From the NCBI GenBank assembly GCA_973895155.1, contig OZ316893.1, positions 25,161,520 through 25,225,519 of the forward strand: a stretch of DNA of 64,000 bases, read 5' to 3'. The translations under genes were made by a program, and so were the position numbers. Below, piece by piece: positions 12,403 through 26,107 of the stretch (positions are counted from its first letter, which is position 1; the number at the start of each line of letters is the position of its first letter). Source of the DNA: Marsupella aquatica (lineage: Eukaryota; Plantae; Marchantiophyta). The notes under the pieces are model-generated. The model ran no database searches. It saw only the letters and a list, made by a program, of their open reading frames with translations, and had not been told where the DNA came from.

Positions 12403-14737
12403 CCACAATTCGCAGTCTAACCCACATCAATTGATGTACACACGAATGGCATATGCACCGGAACAATGATCCGATTAATCTACTGTAGGTGGGTTCCTTC
12501 CAGGATCACGTGATGGCCCATTGGTGTCATGAGTAGAAGACACAAAACCAAAAGATAGTAGACTGGAAGCTTCCTAAAGATTATATTGCTCCAAAGAGTT
12601 TAATACCATTCTTTGAGGACTCGACCGGCAGACAGGAAAGCAGTATATTGTCTTGTTCTCTCCTCAAGCTGGCACATCTCCATGGTGCCTGGAAATGTGC
12701 TCTCCCAAGTTGTACAAATGATTGAAATACACAAAGGCATCGCATAATTGCTCTGTCCAGATATTACTTCAGCTCCAGTGTGTTCGACCAAAAACCTCGT
12801 GACGTAGCAAATGGATGTCAAAATGTCTCTAGCACAATGCACTACATTTTGGAGAGCATCTCGTGTGGGGCCAGGTGAACAAACTTATGTTATGATTCTG
12901 ATGTCTTCTTCCTTTTCAGTTTCCTTCACTTCCTGCTAGTTGATCATCGCTGGAAACCTTGGAGTTTGCCGAAGTCCTGAGGATGGTTCTAATGTGGGGA
13001 CTGGGAGAACGAAGGAATGCAGCAAAAGCAGAAGTTTGCTTGCTGGAAAGACAAATGGAAATCTGTATGAAGTGCAGACAAAGGAAGGTTGCAATCGAGA
13101 ATGAATGAGTGAAGCAAAAGCAAGAGTGAATTATGGCGAACATTGTGCCTCGAAAGTATGGCACATTGAGAAGCACGCCTCCCCTTCAACCCCAAAAGAT
13201 AAATAACTCCGAACAGAGAAACCGAGTGTCAAAGAAGTGAAGGGTTCAGAAAAGTCTATGGGATACATGTTTTTGTCCTTTCATCTTTGTTTCTTTTTGG
13301 CTTGAAAAGAAATGAGAAAGAACAGTTAGTAGACTCTCACCACCCCAATAGTGATAAACATTCCATGTAAAGAACCCATTTCAGGGTGAGCCCCCATGGA
13401 TATGACAGGGACCTCCTGGTGGAGAGAGAATCCAATCAGGGACACAAAGTGTACAACCAGGGGCCGAGGGGATAGTTAGAACTCCCATACACTACCCACA
13501 AAACCCATCCCTGGGACTTCTGAGTTCAAGGCTAATCCCCTAAACAACTGATCTAAGCCAATTATTTAAGGGTCCCTATATGTTTCTGGTACTGCTTGCT
13601 TCCCTCTCCTCTGGGGTTTGAGGAGTTAATGACATTGCAAAAAATTCCTGAACAAAAGAAATTTGTTATATACAAGAGAAAAGAGTGAGAAGTCCAACTA
13701 AACTGTACTAAAAACTACAGAAGTAGCATGTCAAAGAACTCTTGTTTGAAATGGTGTTTTAATTGGGATAATAACGTATAAGAATATAAAAATATACACC
13801 TTTTTATGAACTCTATATTGTGTCCCTTACTTTTTTATGAGACAGTCTCTTTCAAAACAAAATAAGAAACTTTCTAAGTATATATGTTAGCAGGGATAAA
13901 TCTAGACCAAACGAGACACCCCAGTACTCAAAATTTTGTATAATAGACAGAGGTCTACATGTTTATATGGACTGAAAATTTGGCTATGATAAAAATTAAA
14001 ACTTGAAAAAACTGGGGTTTCCACTTTTAAATTTTTATGAGTCATATATAAAAGTTTGGTTTTCTTCGTTTTCCACATAAGATTAAAAAAAATTCTAAAC
14101 TTGCTGTAATTTTTATTAAAAGATTTTTAAATTTTTAATAAGAATCCTGGAAAGCTGGATAGTTTGGTTGTAGACCCATGTATTAAAAAAAAGCCAGATA
14201 ATTAGGTTTTTTTAACAAATTCTGCCACATCAAAACAAGTTTGGTATTTTTTAACAGTTGCATGTTTGGATTCTTTGAATTAAGAGGTACAAAAGTTTAG
14301 TAGACTAAAATGATTCACATGGTCAATTTGGCATAAAGTTATTACAAGGAACTAAAAACTTGTCTTATAAACGAGGGGAGTTGGTACTTGAGACAAGATA
14401 GTGTCAAAACATGTGAACAACATCCATATACTTCAACACTGAAAGTATGTGCATGGTTTGCCCCATCTGGGTTGCGTCCACGGCCATAAGAGAAATCCAG
14501 TAACATAAAATGATTTCACCGCTCCATAGCTAACGTGCTAGAGCCTCGACTAGAGCTTCCCCTCTCATCCTCTCACTCTCCCTCCTGTGAGAAGGGCTCC
14601 TTTTACCCAAAAAGACCAAAAAGGAAACAACAGTGCCTGCAAGCCTCTCTTCTTGTATTGCCTTTAAAATTGAAAACTGACACATCCAACATAGGATAGA
14701 TGATCAACTCCAAAGCATGCACCTCTCTAGGGTAAAC

Positions 14738-15081
14738 TGTTGAGCATAGATGACATTCGTAACGGCAAGCCCATGAACCATCCAACGCACAATAGTCGAC
14801 ACAGAGAGATACGTGGTTCACCTCCACATGAGGCTACGTCCACGGGAACACACAAGAGCTTTACTGCACTCTAGGCCGACCGGCCATACCAAGCATCCAC
14901 AGCACAAGCTCTCCCTATCTCTCAACTAGCTCCGTAACAATGAGCCTAAGTTCCACCAGGGTCTGGCATCAGCCTTGGCTATATACACAACAACACTACC
15001 GCTAACAATAGCTAAGTCCTAACCCGAGTTAGCCTAACTGTAGTTAGCTCATGAGTCACAAGACTAGAGCAATATCTAACA
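14738..15081 (-). repeat. 3' LTR of outer Copia, adjacent to the polypurine tract (about 15082-15092)
   Basis: TGTTGAGCATAG...TATCTAACA, 344 bp. The adjacent AACTCCCCCTT reads AAGGGGGAGTT (PPT) on the minus strand. Shares diagnostic variants (CGCACAATAG, TAGTTAGCTCATGAG) with 46337-46678. Confidence 0.95.
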
Positions 15082-17502
15082 AACTCCCCCTTGACTCTTG
15101 TCTTGGGGACTGGACTAAATGCTACCATATGGAATCCTCAGAGGGAAGTTCTAGACAATCACCAAACTAGGTCTCCCCCTAAAAACCACAAGGGTTAACT
15201 AAGGGTTAACTAGAACTAAGCCGTAGCCAAATAGGAATGAGTAATCCATATACAAATAGTCACACATTGCTAAATAACTCTATTTGCACTACAACTGCAA
15301 AACCTGCAAAGTAGCACGGTGTCTTAAGAAACTCTCCAAAGGAATCACTTTGGTAAAAGCATCCGCGGGATTGAGCTTTTCATCAATCTTGACTAGCTCA
15401 AAAGTTTTATCAGACACTGCTTGCCTGATAAAATGGTACCTGATATCAATGTGCTTCACCCTGCTATCCATTACCTGGTTAGCAGCCAAGTGAAGAGCAC
15501 TCTGGCTGTCACAGTTTAGAGTCATTTTGCCATGCTCTAAAGCCATCTCCGCGATCAACTTGTCTAACCAAATTGCTTCCTTTGCTGCTTCTACTGCTAC
15601 AATATACTCTGCTTTTGTAGTAGACTGAGAAATGCACTTCTGCAAGGTAGATTTCCAACTGATATATCCTCCTCCAAGAGTGTATACAAACCCAGTTGTA
15701 GACCTCCTTGTATCCAGACAGCCTCCATAGTCAGAATCTACATAGCCAACTAACGTTCTATTTGATTTGTTATCAAATAATAATCCATAGTCCTGTGTTC
15801 CCTTCAGATACCTGAGAATCTACTTCACAGCTTCCCAATGTACCTTCCCTGGGTTTGACATGAATCTGCTAACCTTGCCCATCGCTAGGGCCAAGTCAGG
15901 CCTAGTACAAGTCATCAAATACATCAGACTGCCTACTATCTTCTCATAAGGAATCTTAGCCATCAGACCTTTCTCCACAACATCCGTAGGAGAGAAAGCT
16001 GATGATAACTTGAAATGTGAAGCTAAAGGAATACTCACTGGCTTACAGTTCTCCATGTTGAATCGTGCAAGTACTTTCCTCGCATGCTGGCCTTGACTCA
16101 AGCACAACTGTCCAGTATCAGAGTTCCTAAAAATCTCCATCCCTAAGATCCTCTTGGTCTTACCAAGATCCTTCATCCTGAATTCAACACTCAATTTTGC
16201 CTTGAGACTGTCAACCTCAGATTGATCTTTAGCCACAATCAGCATGTCATCCACATAGATCACCAGAATGATGAAACCAAATACATCATTCTTGACTGAT
16301 TTCGTATACACACAAGAATCATACACCATCCTTGTAAAACCTTGAGCAAGCATGAAATCATCAAACCACTTGTTCCACTGTCTGGGAGACTGCTTCAATC
16401 CATACAAGGACTTGAGCAATCTGCAAACTAAGTTCTCTTGGCCTTTCTTCATAAAGCCTAGTGGTTGTCTCATGAAGATCAACTTTTCCAAGTTGCCATA
16501 GAGAAAAGTAGTAACAACATCCATCTGATCCATCACCAGACCAAATTAGATATAACACTAGAAGGAAATGATGTTTTTATTACTGAAAAAATGACTAGCT
16601 TATGAGTGGTTTGGGACAATTTACAACTCATTCATTTGAGTTCACAAAGGCAAGTCGCTTTGGTATAGTAGTCCTTTTGGACATAGAGTTGTTTTTATCA
16701 ACAACTGCAAATTGCAGGTTGTTTATGACACCGTCCATTGGGAGACTGACGGTCTTAAATAACTCAAAATCTTAGTTGAATTGTGTTTCGTTAAAAAGAA
16801 CTGATGGTCTTAAATAACTCAAAATCAGAGTTGAATTGTGTTATGACTCATCAAATAAGGAAACGACATGTGTCTAAAGCCATCAAATAGCATTTAGACA
16901 CGTGGAAGGTCTGAGCCACACAAACCAAATTACAAGTGGACACGTGTCTCCTTTATATCATCCCAGCAGCCAACAGGTGACACTTTGATAGCTTAATTCC
17001 TAGTAGGGTACACGTGGAGATAATTGTAGTTATTTAGGACATGTTTATAATGACTACTATTGGAGTGATTTTGTTGATGTCTTATATTACCAATATTTGA
17101 GTCTTTTCCGCTCAGTCATTTATGACTTCATGGAAGTTATTTAGTTAGTCCTTTGTGTCATTTCATAATTGGACCAATTCTCCCAATTGGTCCTATGTCC
17201 AATCATCCTGAAAAATTGTCTAGCTAGAAAGACATGTCTTAGAAATCAACTGCAAGAGGATATATACATTGCAAATATACACAAAAAGCCATTGAATGAA
17301 TATAAAATTCTGCATAGAGACTGTAGACTTCATTTCACCCCCAATGTACAGGTGATCGACTGTTCAGAATCACAGTAAAGTATTTCCTGGATGAACTAAT
17401 CACAAAACAAGTCTATTGGCCAACTCAGCTTGTGCATCAAAACTACTCGAGCTTGAACCAAAGAGCTCAAGTCACTACATTCTATCAAAAAACAACTCCT
17501 TG

Positions 17503-20500
17503 CTACTTCCTCATCAACTTCTGGTACCACAAGAAATGTCTGTCGCCCACATCCTTCAGAAATTTGACCTGAGAGTTTGGATGCTCTTTCTCAAGTAGAG
17601 GTGCATCCTGTTCAAACACCTCATTTGCAATCACGATCAAATGTCCTGGTGGAATTTCATTGCCATTGTAAAAATCTTGCCCCCAGACTCCCTGCACTGT
17701 TGCAAGAGCAACAACCCGAGAGTCCACTGGGGACTTCAATTTCACCACGTCCCCAATCTTGAACTGCCAGCAGTAAATCAATATATTACGGCTAATTTAA
17801 TTAGAGACCATATTTTTAATCTGCGGTGCCAATGAACCCTTGGCTTGCAACAATACTGATGTGCGCCATTTCAAGGGATGTAATCACTGCTAAGTGAATC
17901 ATGCATAATGCAGGATAGTGAACAGATGCAAAATGATAGTAATTAATTTAGAAAAGGAGAAATCTATGAAGATTGTCACCTTCAACACAGTTGGTGAAGA
18001 CGCTGACTTCAGAACATCCGTACTTAGAGGTCTTGAAGGGGTTGGGTGTTCTGAGATTGTTTCATTGCCCTCTTCAAGAGCCTGCATGATTCCCACCTTT
18101 GGCATCTGATCAAAGGAAAAATTAGACAAACTTAGACTGAGAGCATAGAGTCAGGTGTGCATATATATTGGACTGAAAAAAATTCTACATACTGTGCATA
18201 TTCCACTCGAACATCCACCATCCACGTACAAGACATAGAGCTAATTTGTAAGAACACAGGCCTGAGAAAACTTTGAATGTACACAATTCCTGAGCCCCTG
18301 CGCTAAGCACCTTGTCACAAAGTTTGCATCTATACTATGAGATAGTTGAGTGCAGCACAAAAACCTTACCTTTCCTTTAGGTTTTCGGCCCTTGCCTGTC
18401 TTAGGAGTTAGTTGAGGTGAACTGGAGATAAGGACCTTTGTGGGATCATCTAAGACCTCCTGCTTTACAGTCACAGAGTGACTATACTCCGCATCGTCCA
18501 TCAGGTCTTTCTGCTCCGCACCTTCCTCACCGACATGGACATATATTATTCAATTTTTCAGATGATCGAAATGCTTTTACAAATCATTTGCATTACAATG
18601 ATTTTACAAAATTAAGCTCTTAATTTTCAATCACCCAGAGCAAATGGTCATGACCTAGCTTAGAGTACAAATTAGACAGACATACCCTCTTTGGACAGAT
18701 CCACAAAATTCAACTTCATTGCAGAACTCTTTGGTGCTGAAGTGCCCGATGCAGCCTTAATTGTGGAAGTGGGTAGGCTTGACGTACCAAGTGCTCCAGG
18801 TCCACCACCCCCCTCTTGGGAAGCTTCAATATTGATACCTACCCCTCCTACATGAGATGTCTCCTTCTGATGCAAAACACTCATATGTTGCTGGTAATTT
18901 CCCAAGCTCTCTGCAATTGTCTTAGCCACCAGTGCCAACCCAGCAGCTAAAGTAGTATTGATAGAACTGGTTATTTTCTCACAAATCACTTCATCATTTC
19001 GCTCAACTACAAGGTTGGATACAGGTGTCTGGAAAACCACAGTGAGTAAAAAAATTAGCCATATACAGCCACTTTGTGTCCTCTTAAAATATTACCCGAG
19101 ACAGGTGTACTTACAATATGGAAAGGAAGAGAAAGAAACTCACGATTGAGTTCCTCCCTAGCTGGTGAGCAGGTGTACCAAGGATGGACTTAGTACTTGC
19201 CAAGGATGGGCTTACATCTGACCTCCAACCCAAACCATTTGCTTTGTCATCAAAAGGATTAGGTCGAAGGTCTGATAGACCTGGGCTATGAACTCTCTGC
19301 CTCTTCTGAAAAAGGCAGGAACAACTATCAGCACAATAATGCAATCAAACATTTATCAGCACACTCAGAGAATGTATGGCACAAACTGAAAGATGATCAT
19401 GTCATAAGGGTTAGCACACTCACATAAATTGCCTCCCTCCCACGATAGCCACCTCGTCCAACTTTAGATGGATTCTTCACTTCTGCTCTCGCTCTAGTCA
19501 TTTTCTGAATGTTAGTTAGTCCTTCTGGGGACAACCACCACTCACAAAGTGTTTTCCATTGCTCAGGCTTGACATTTTCAGGAGGCTTCTTGTCCAAGCG
19601 CTTCCCAATCGCTTGAAAATGCTTGTGAAGTTTTGCACGTTGAGCCTTCATTATTTTTGACAAGTGGGACCTGAACTTCTTCTCAGACAAAGTCCCCCCT
19701 ACATACTGCCAATTAGTAGCCATCACATCATACAAATGGATAATAATGTCCTTGTCTTGCTTAGCAATGTTACGCACGGAAGGGTCGAGTCTGCCAACAC
19801 AAGCTGCACGAAGGTCGTCTGCCCAACGTCCCCGGAACTGGTCACTTGCATCAATATCGTCATTCCAAATCTGCACACGAGACATCATTGTCGATTGTGA
19901 TTGATTCAAACTAACCGATGCTGTCAGTAGGATAAAGGTCGGGGCTGTTTCCAACTTCTATTTAAAAATTGGCAAGCATCCTATTTTGATCCTATGTTGA
20001 TCTGCTAGAAGAGTTTGAATTAAAGTTGGCATGATACCTGAATACTTGCTTTCTTCATGCCCATTTTACTTCGCTCAGCTGTGTGATCCACCCAATGTTT
20101 CTTTGCAGCTCGAGACATCTGCCGCATAATTGACTGTTGGGACGGTCCACTTGCACTGGCCATCATAGCACTTCCCTGAGGGATAGGGGTCACTACAATA
20201 TCAAAGATTTACATCTTAGTTCAGACTTAGAATTTGCCACCAATATACTTGAACCCTGACTTGAACTTGGCATTAAGCCTTGCAACGTACATTGACAAGT
20301 AATTAACAGCCATGGTCATCCCATCATATTTTACATTCAATCACAATCATAGGCTGTGTCATATTCAAATTCATACATAGCTAATGTAAAGAAGCTAGTA
20401 TAGGTGGAAACTTACGCAAGCTGACAACTCCCGTGATGGGATCTTTATAATACTTAGCAGAGGTGTGTGAGACAGCCTGAAACAATATACACTCAACAAT

Positions 20501-21241
20501 CAGTACATTTACTAAATATCTTCAATATTCTTATAAGTTGCGGACATATTTCATATATTAGTAAGATATAGCACCATAATTGGTGTCCTTCACAGCACAG
20601 CAAAAAAATGAAAAATTAATTAGACACGTACCCCTGCGCGTTGTTTGTCCCCAATGGTTATCTCGTCGTCACAATTCCCCCAGTCGGCACCTCCCTCATT
20701 CCCAGAGTCACTGTAAGGTGTACCTTCTGACCGCTCACTGCCCTCAATATCTGAGCCGTTGTCTGCCATAGTTGGTATGTTCATCGCTTGCTGCCTTGCA
20801 CTCTTCCTTGTTGGTAGAGAAGGTACCTGCAATTGCGCTGGTTTCTTTCTATAAACACGTTTCGTTTTGCTTCTTCCCACACCTTCTGAACTGCCTTTCA
20901 TCAACCCAAACTAATGTTAATTAATGTCATTCATGCAAATTTTCAAAGGCCACATTATTTAACAATGCCAATAGCAATTCCCAGGCCACTGGACGCATTC
21001 AAATTCTACTCTAATGTTAATCATATAAAGATTGACATAAGGTGGACTACCAAAGTTGGGAGGGACTATATATTCAAGACCTGTTCAAATCTGCCACAGA
21101 TTTTCCAATCACAGCTGCAATGAAGGCGTTGTTTGCTTTTATGTTCCTCAATCTCTCCAACTCATAGGCCGTGAGTTCAGCATTTGACTCTTCTGGGGAC
21201 TCATCAGCCGAATCCAAGACCGAATCACTTGAGTTCTGCAT
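17503..21241 (-). CDS. CACTA TnpA-like (ORF2/PTTA-type) multi-exon gene
   Basis: ATG at 21241 opens MQNSSDS...LTAYELERLRNIKANNAFIAA, spliceable to FGLMKG (about 20910-20630). Exon about 19920-19423 has KKPPENVKPEQWKTLCEWWLSPE...KMTRARAEVKNPSKVGRGGY, typical of Transposase_24/PTTA. Further low-complexity exons follow, and a final exon GDVVKLKSP...VVALATV...EIPPGH (17781-17503). Internal exon boundaries are only partly resolved. Confidence 0.65.
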
Positions 21242-21268
21242 CCACACACTACCAACATAGCCACACGG

Positions 21269-24200
21269 TTACTCTTCCTCAGAATCTTCCTCATCTTCCC
21301 AAACATCATCCTGTATTATCTCTTCAACTGATTCATCTGTCACCCTTGCAACTATTTGCTGAGCGACTAAGCTCTCTCCTTCCTCCAATGGCACAGCTCG
21401 GTTAGCAGCTGCAACAAGCTCCGCTTCAACTACCTCGTGATGGTCTACAAGATCATTGTATTCAACATCATAGATACCCTCAACAACTCTACGAGACCTT
21501 CCCTCCTTATGAAGGACATGCCTCCATGAGGTTCTAGCCTCGTTAGGATAGAAGAAAACTTGCTCAACTTGACCAGGCAAGACATAGTCTAACTTCTCGG
21601 CTGCAGGATAAGGCATGTTAAAGTTGGCCAGCCAGAGACCAGTTTCATCATGTTTCATAGATGGACCAGTATTGTCTGGTCCCCACTTTGACCGGACCCA
21701 TTTTGCCTTGAGGATAATGGCTGGTTCTAAACGCAATAGTGGTCCATAGTCAAGTTTAAGAATCTGGGTGAGAACCCCAACGTAGGTTTGCTTAGCCAAA
21801 GCAACTCCTGACTGATCCCTTCTCTGCTCGTGGAAAGTGGTGGCCAACCCACTGTCAAATGTAGCGTACCCTTGACAATCTGTGTCCCTAAGATGGGATA
21901 GCTCACGCCAACTACCATCCCTTCCTTTACAGCGCATTACCCTGTAATGATTTCCATAAGCCTTCATTGAAGTATACGTCAGACCATGCTGGCTTGGGGG
22001 AAAGGAAATAGCCGTCAACAACAACTTGTTTTCATCATTGTCAAGGTTAGCTTCGGAAATCTCATTCCTAAACCAAACCCCAAAGGGAATTCCCTCCAAT
22101 TCTTGAGGATAAGTTGCTGCTCTACGACTGCGTGGAGGCCGTGTCTGGTTATTTTGTTGGACAAAAGCTTCCCTCTGTCTTCTTCTCTCTTCCTCTGCAT
22201 TCTCATAGAGCCTGCAAACCAATCCAAAAACGTACAATATCAACCACTAATTACAATATCTGAATAATTATCAGCAAGTTACAAAGTGTGTCATAAATAA
22301 TAGTTGCGCAAGTAACAATTTACCTCAACCATGGTGTTACCAACAAATTATTCTGTAGGTAGTATGTATGAGCAGCATCTCGATCTACCATAGTCAGAGT
22401 GACTTTGCATGAGGCCCCTTCCAACACCACCCCTTTAACTCCTTCCTCCTCTTCAGCATCCCAAACACGCCTCCTTGTAGATTGGCAGTCTACCATATAC
22501 TCTGTCACAAATCCTAAAGCCTCTTCGAGAATGTATCCTTCTGCCATTGATGCCTCTGGTCGTGCCTTGTTCCGTACAAAACCCTTCAGATTCTTGAGGT
22601 ATCGCTCAACTGGATACATCCATCTTTGTGATACAGGCCCACAAATGTCCAACTCTTCCACTATATGCACCATGAGATGAGTCATAACATCAAAAAAGGA
22701 CGAAGGGAAATGCATTTCCAAAGCACAGAGTGTTTGTGCTACATCTTTCATCAACGCATCCTTTGTTGTAGGGTCCCAAACTTTACAGCAAATCTTACGC
22801 CAAACTCTGCACACACTCACAATGGCCAATCGGGGTCCCTTGTCCATCAAATTCCTCAATGCCAATGGAAGGATCTGCTGCATTAGGCAATGATAATCGT
22901 GAGATTTCATACCTGCCAGCTTATTGCTAGGCCGCACACACTTAGCTAATGAGCTGCCAAAGTCTGTGGGAACTTTCAGACACTTCAAGGTTCCCAGAAA
23001 TTGTGTGAGCTCTGATTTGCTCATGACATATGGTGCCTTGGGTTTCACAAAGTGATCTTTTTTCTGGTTTGGATGAGGCTTCATCCACAATTGCTCATGA
23101 ACACCTTCAGCTTGCATATCATTCCGGACAGCAGCAGTGTCCTTCTTCCCAGAAGTTGTGTGGATAAGATTATGCGCAATGTTTTTCTCCGTGTGCATTG
23201 GATCAAGGACATGATTGATCAGAAGTTTCTGCGCGCCAGATATAATAGAACATGAGTAACAAGTTATAAACATGAGAGCAAAGTCTTGACCAGTCATTTC
23301 TTGTGGCCAAATAGATTCATCTACCTTCAAAATGCATAGGCGACGGATACAAAGAAAAATAAACTGACTCTGGCCATTGTGGCTCCCCTGCCATAATAAA
23401 AAAACAACGATTGGTAGTGGGCTCTTCCCAAAATTTTCCCGTCCCAATTGCAGTGGCCAGAGTCGACTAATTTAGAATACAATTTAGAATACTAATGAAG
23501 AAACAGTTCTGTTAGTAACAAAATTGTAGGGTTTTGAGCAAACTCTATGGGTTTTTAAAGTTATCTTAGTCTTTCCAAGGAAGTGAAGTGGACAGGTAGC
23601 GATAGCAGATTGAGGCAACATGACCCGTAAGATAAGCGACTCTACATCGTGGTTCCTGGCCTTGGACGGCACCACAAGAAATAGAAAGGGCACTATGATG
23701 ACCAGGAAAGGAGGAATCATACGACAGGCCCTTACTGCTTATCAGAATGAATTAGATTTTAATTTAGATTCTAAAGTTTTGCAGGCAGCCCTTCAAACGG
23801 TTGTAGGTAGCATCGAGAACTACTACAAAGCATTATTAATCATATCTCGCTAGTTCAAACATTAATTTACGCATACTACAATCTTAAAACAAAACAATAT
23901 ATTCTAATCGTTTGATTCATTCATTTGCACATGCCTACACAAAAACAAATACTAAAAACCCAAAAAGTACCAGGTCATCAAAGCAGGGGTAAGAGACCCT
24001 TGGAGAACTAACTGAAGAGCCGACTAGGCAAAGACCCAATTCTACAGATGCCTGTCCTCGTAGCCCCCACAATCAATCCAAGAGCCAGACTGCCTGCCAG
24101 CTAAGAGATTGCCAAACATCTATGCGACTTAGCACATTACACACTGTAATTAAACACTGTGGGCCTGTTCCCTCACAAAGACCAAGAATGTGCTCGAGCA

Positions 24201-26107
24201 AAACTGATGAATAGCTGTTCAATTCAAACTTCCACACGAAAGAGTCTTGTAGATAACTAGTTTAAATAAGAGAGATAAGAAAAGGTAAAGTGATAACTCA
24301 CAGTCCAATATGGCAGCACGGCAAGACCCTGTTTCCTCTTGACTCCATGGAGCTTTGATGGGCAGTGCTTGCTTCCTTGCTTGGCCCCTTCTTTTTTCAG
24401 AAACTCTTCAACTTCAGCAGCATAAGCCAGCTTTAGCTCGCATGTCATCCTGGGGGGAGGGCCTCGTGACTCTATCTTTCCATCAAACTTTGCAGCATAG
24501 TCAGGAGTACGATACTTGTGATTGGCCTCCAGCCATCTACGGCTTCCAGGGAACACATTTTTTGATAGAGACTGGGACCTTCTACAAGTGACATTGGGTC
24601 CACACACTACACAACCATGGTATCCTTTGGTCACTTGACCAGAAATGAGGCCCAAAGCTGGATAGTCATTCACTGTCCATAATAGAATGGCCCTCAGTGT
24701 AAACCACTTTTGTTTACCCGGCCTATCTAGTGCATCAAAGCACTTGACTCCTTTCCAGAGCTCTGAAAGCTCTTCTATTAGTGGGGCCATGTAGATATCT
24801 ATGTTACGATCAGTTACAGATTCAGGTCCAGGAATCAGTAAAGACAGCATAATAAAAAACTTCTTAGTAGACAACCAGGGAGGTAAATTGTAATTTAATA
24901 ACATTACGGGCCATGTGGAATGCTTTAGATTGTTCTCACCAAACGGGTTTACACCATCCAAGGCTAATCCAAGATGAACATTCCGTGGCTCACTCTCAAA
25001 AGTATCATCTATATTAGCTTCAATTTCTGCCCAAGCCCTTGAATCTGCTACGTGACGGACCTTTCCATCCTTGCTCTTATTGTCTGCATGCCAGGTCATG
25101 AGCTCCGAAATGGCTTTACATCTATACATGCGTCTCAGTCTTGGTATGAGGGGAAAGTGACGGAGAACTTTGACTGCCTGCTTTGACTGCCCAACCTGCT
25201 TGTACCTAGGTTTTTTGCAGGTTGGACAGTGATCGCACTCTAATAAATCCTTTCTGAACAAAACACACCCATCCTCACAAGCATGGATTTTGACATAATC
25301 TAATCCAAGATGACCAATGAGCTTCTTACATGCGTACAGATTCTTAGGAAGCAAATGCTTTGATGGCATAGTGTGTTTTGCCATCAAGGAAAGAAGCTCA
25401 TCAACACCTGAGTTAGTAAACCCGTTGTTATGGCAGGTGTTCAGAAAGGTCAATACAAAGGACAGCTGGGAAGTATTGCACCCCTCATATAGAGGCGCAC
25501 ATGCCTCTGTAAAGGCATTCATCATTCTTTCTTCTGACTCTTGATCCCAACACTCCTCTCAACTAGTCTGCTCCTGAGGTGTGGAAGTTGTGGACTCCAA
25601 GAGCTCATCCATATTAAACATCTCTTCCCCACTTCTCTCTGGATTTTCCCTCGAAGGACTTTCATCTATAGGATCACTTGGATGGTTTTCCACTGGCAAT
25701 GCCAAATCCTCCAACAACCGGGGAATTTCCATATCACAGGTTACATCAATGACAGACCCTCCTATAGCTCCAGTATCTATATTGCTACCCTCTGATGGAG
25801 GATTGACCTCGCATAAGTGTTCATTCCACTCCTCATCTGATGTGTCACATTCATCCCCCCACCAATGTCGTTGAGATGGATGTCGGGAGTACAGTAACAG
25901 GTGCTTCTTGACTGTGTGAACACTCACACGGTTACCCCTACAGTTGCAAATGGTGCAAGGGCACTTTATCTTCCCTATACTTGCAGACCTACAAGCAGCC
26001 AGTTGTCGACGCCATAATTTGTCATCCCTAATATGCAACTGAAGATCACTCCTTTGGAAGTCTCTGAATAGCCGAGACTATCCAAAGCCTACACGATTGG
26101 CGCTCAT
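21269..26107 (-). pseudogene. CACTA TnpD transposase (transposase-associated Cys domain, Transposase_21, DUF4218, DUF4216) with premature stops
   Basis: ATG at 26107. Exons 26107-24302 (CPCTIC; KIHACEDGCVLFR; LGLALDGVNPF; STWPVMLLNYNLPPW; WTVNDYPAL), 23228-22324 (DPMHTEKN; GMKSHDYH; FFDVMTHLMVH; WMYPVERY) and 22211-21269. In-frame TAG at about 26078-26080 and TGA at 25559-25561. Confidence 0.9.

Noticed and set aside
12600-13195. Minus-strand ORFs downstream of the subtilase
   Set aside because: No coherent splice structure or known motif could be assembled.
13700-14420. AT-rich block as a TIR element
   Set aside because: Only a weak inverted match (about 13824 versus 14358) and no TSD; too degenerate to call.
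23229-24301. Nested insertion or gene in the 1.07-kb tnpD intron (ORF 23620-23853)
   Set aside because: No termini, TSD or domain recognised.
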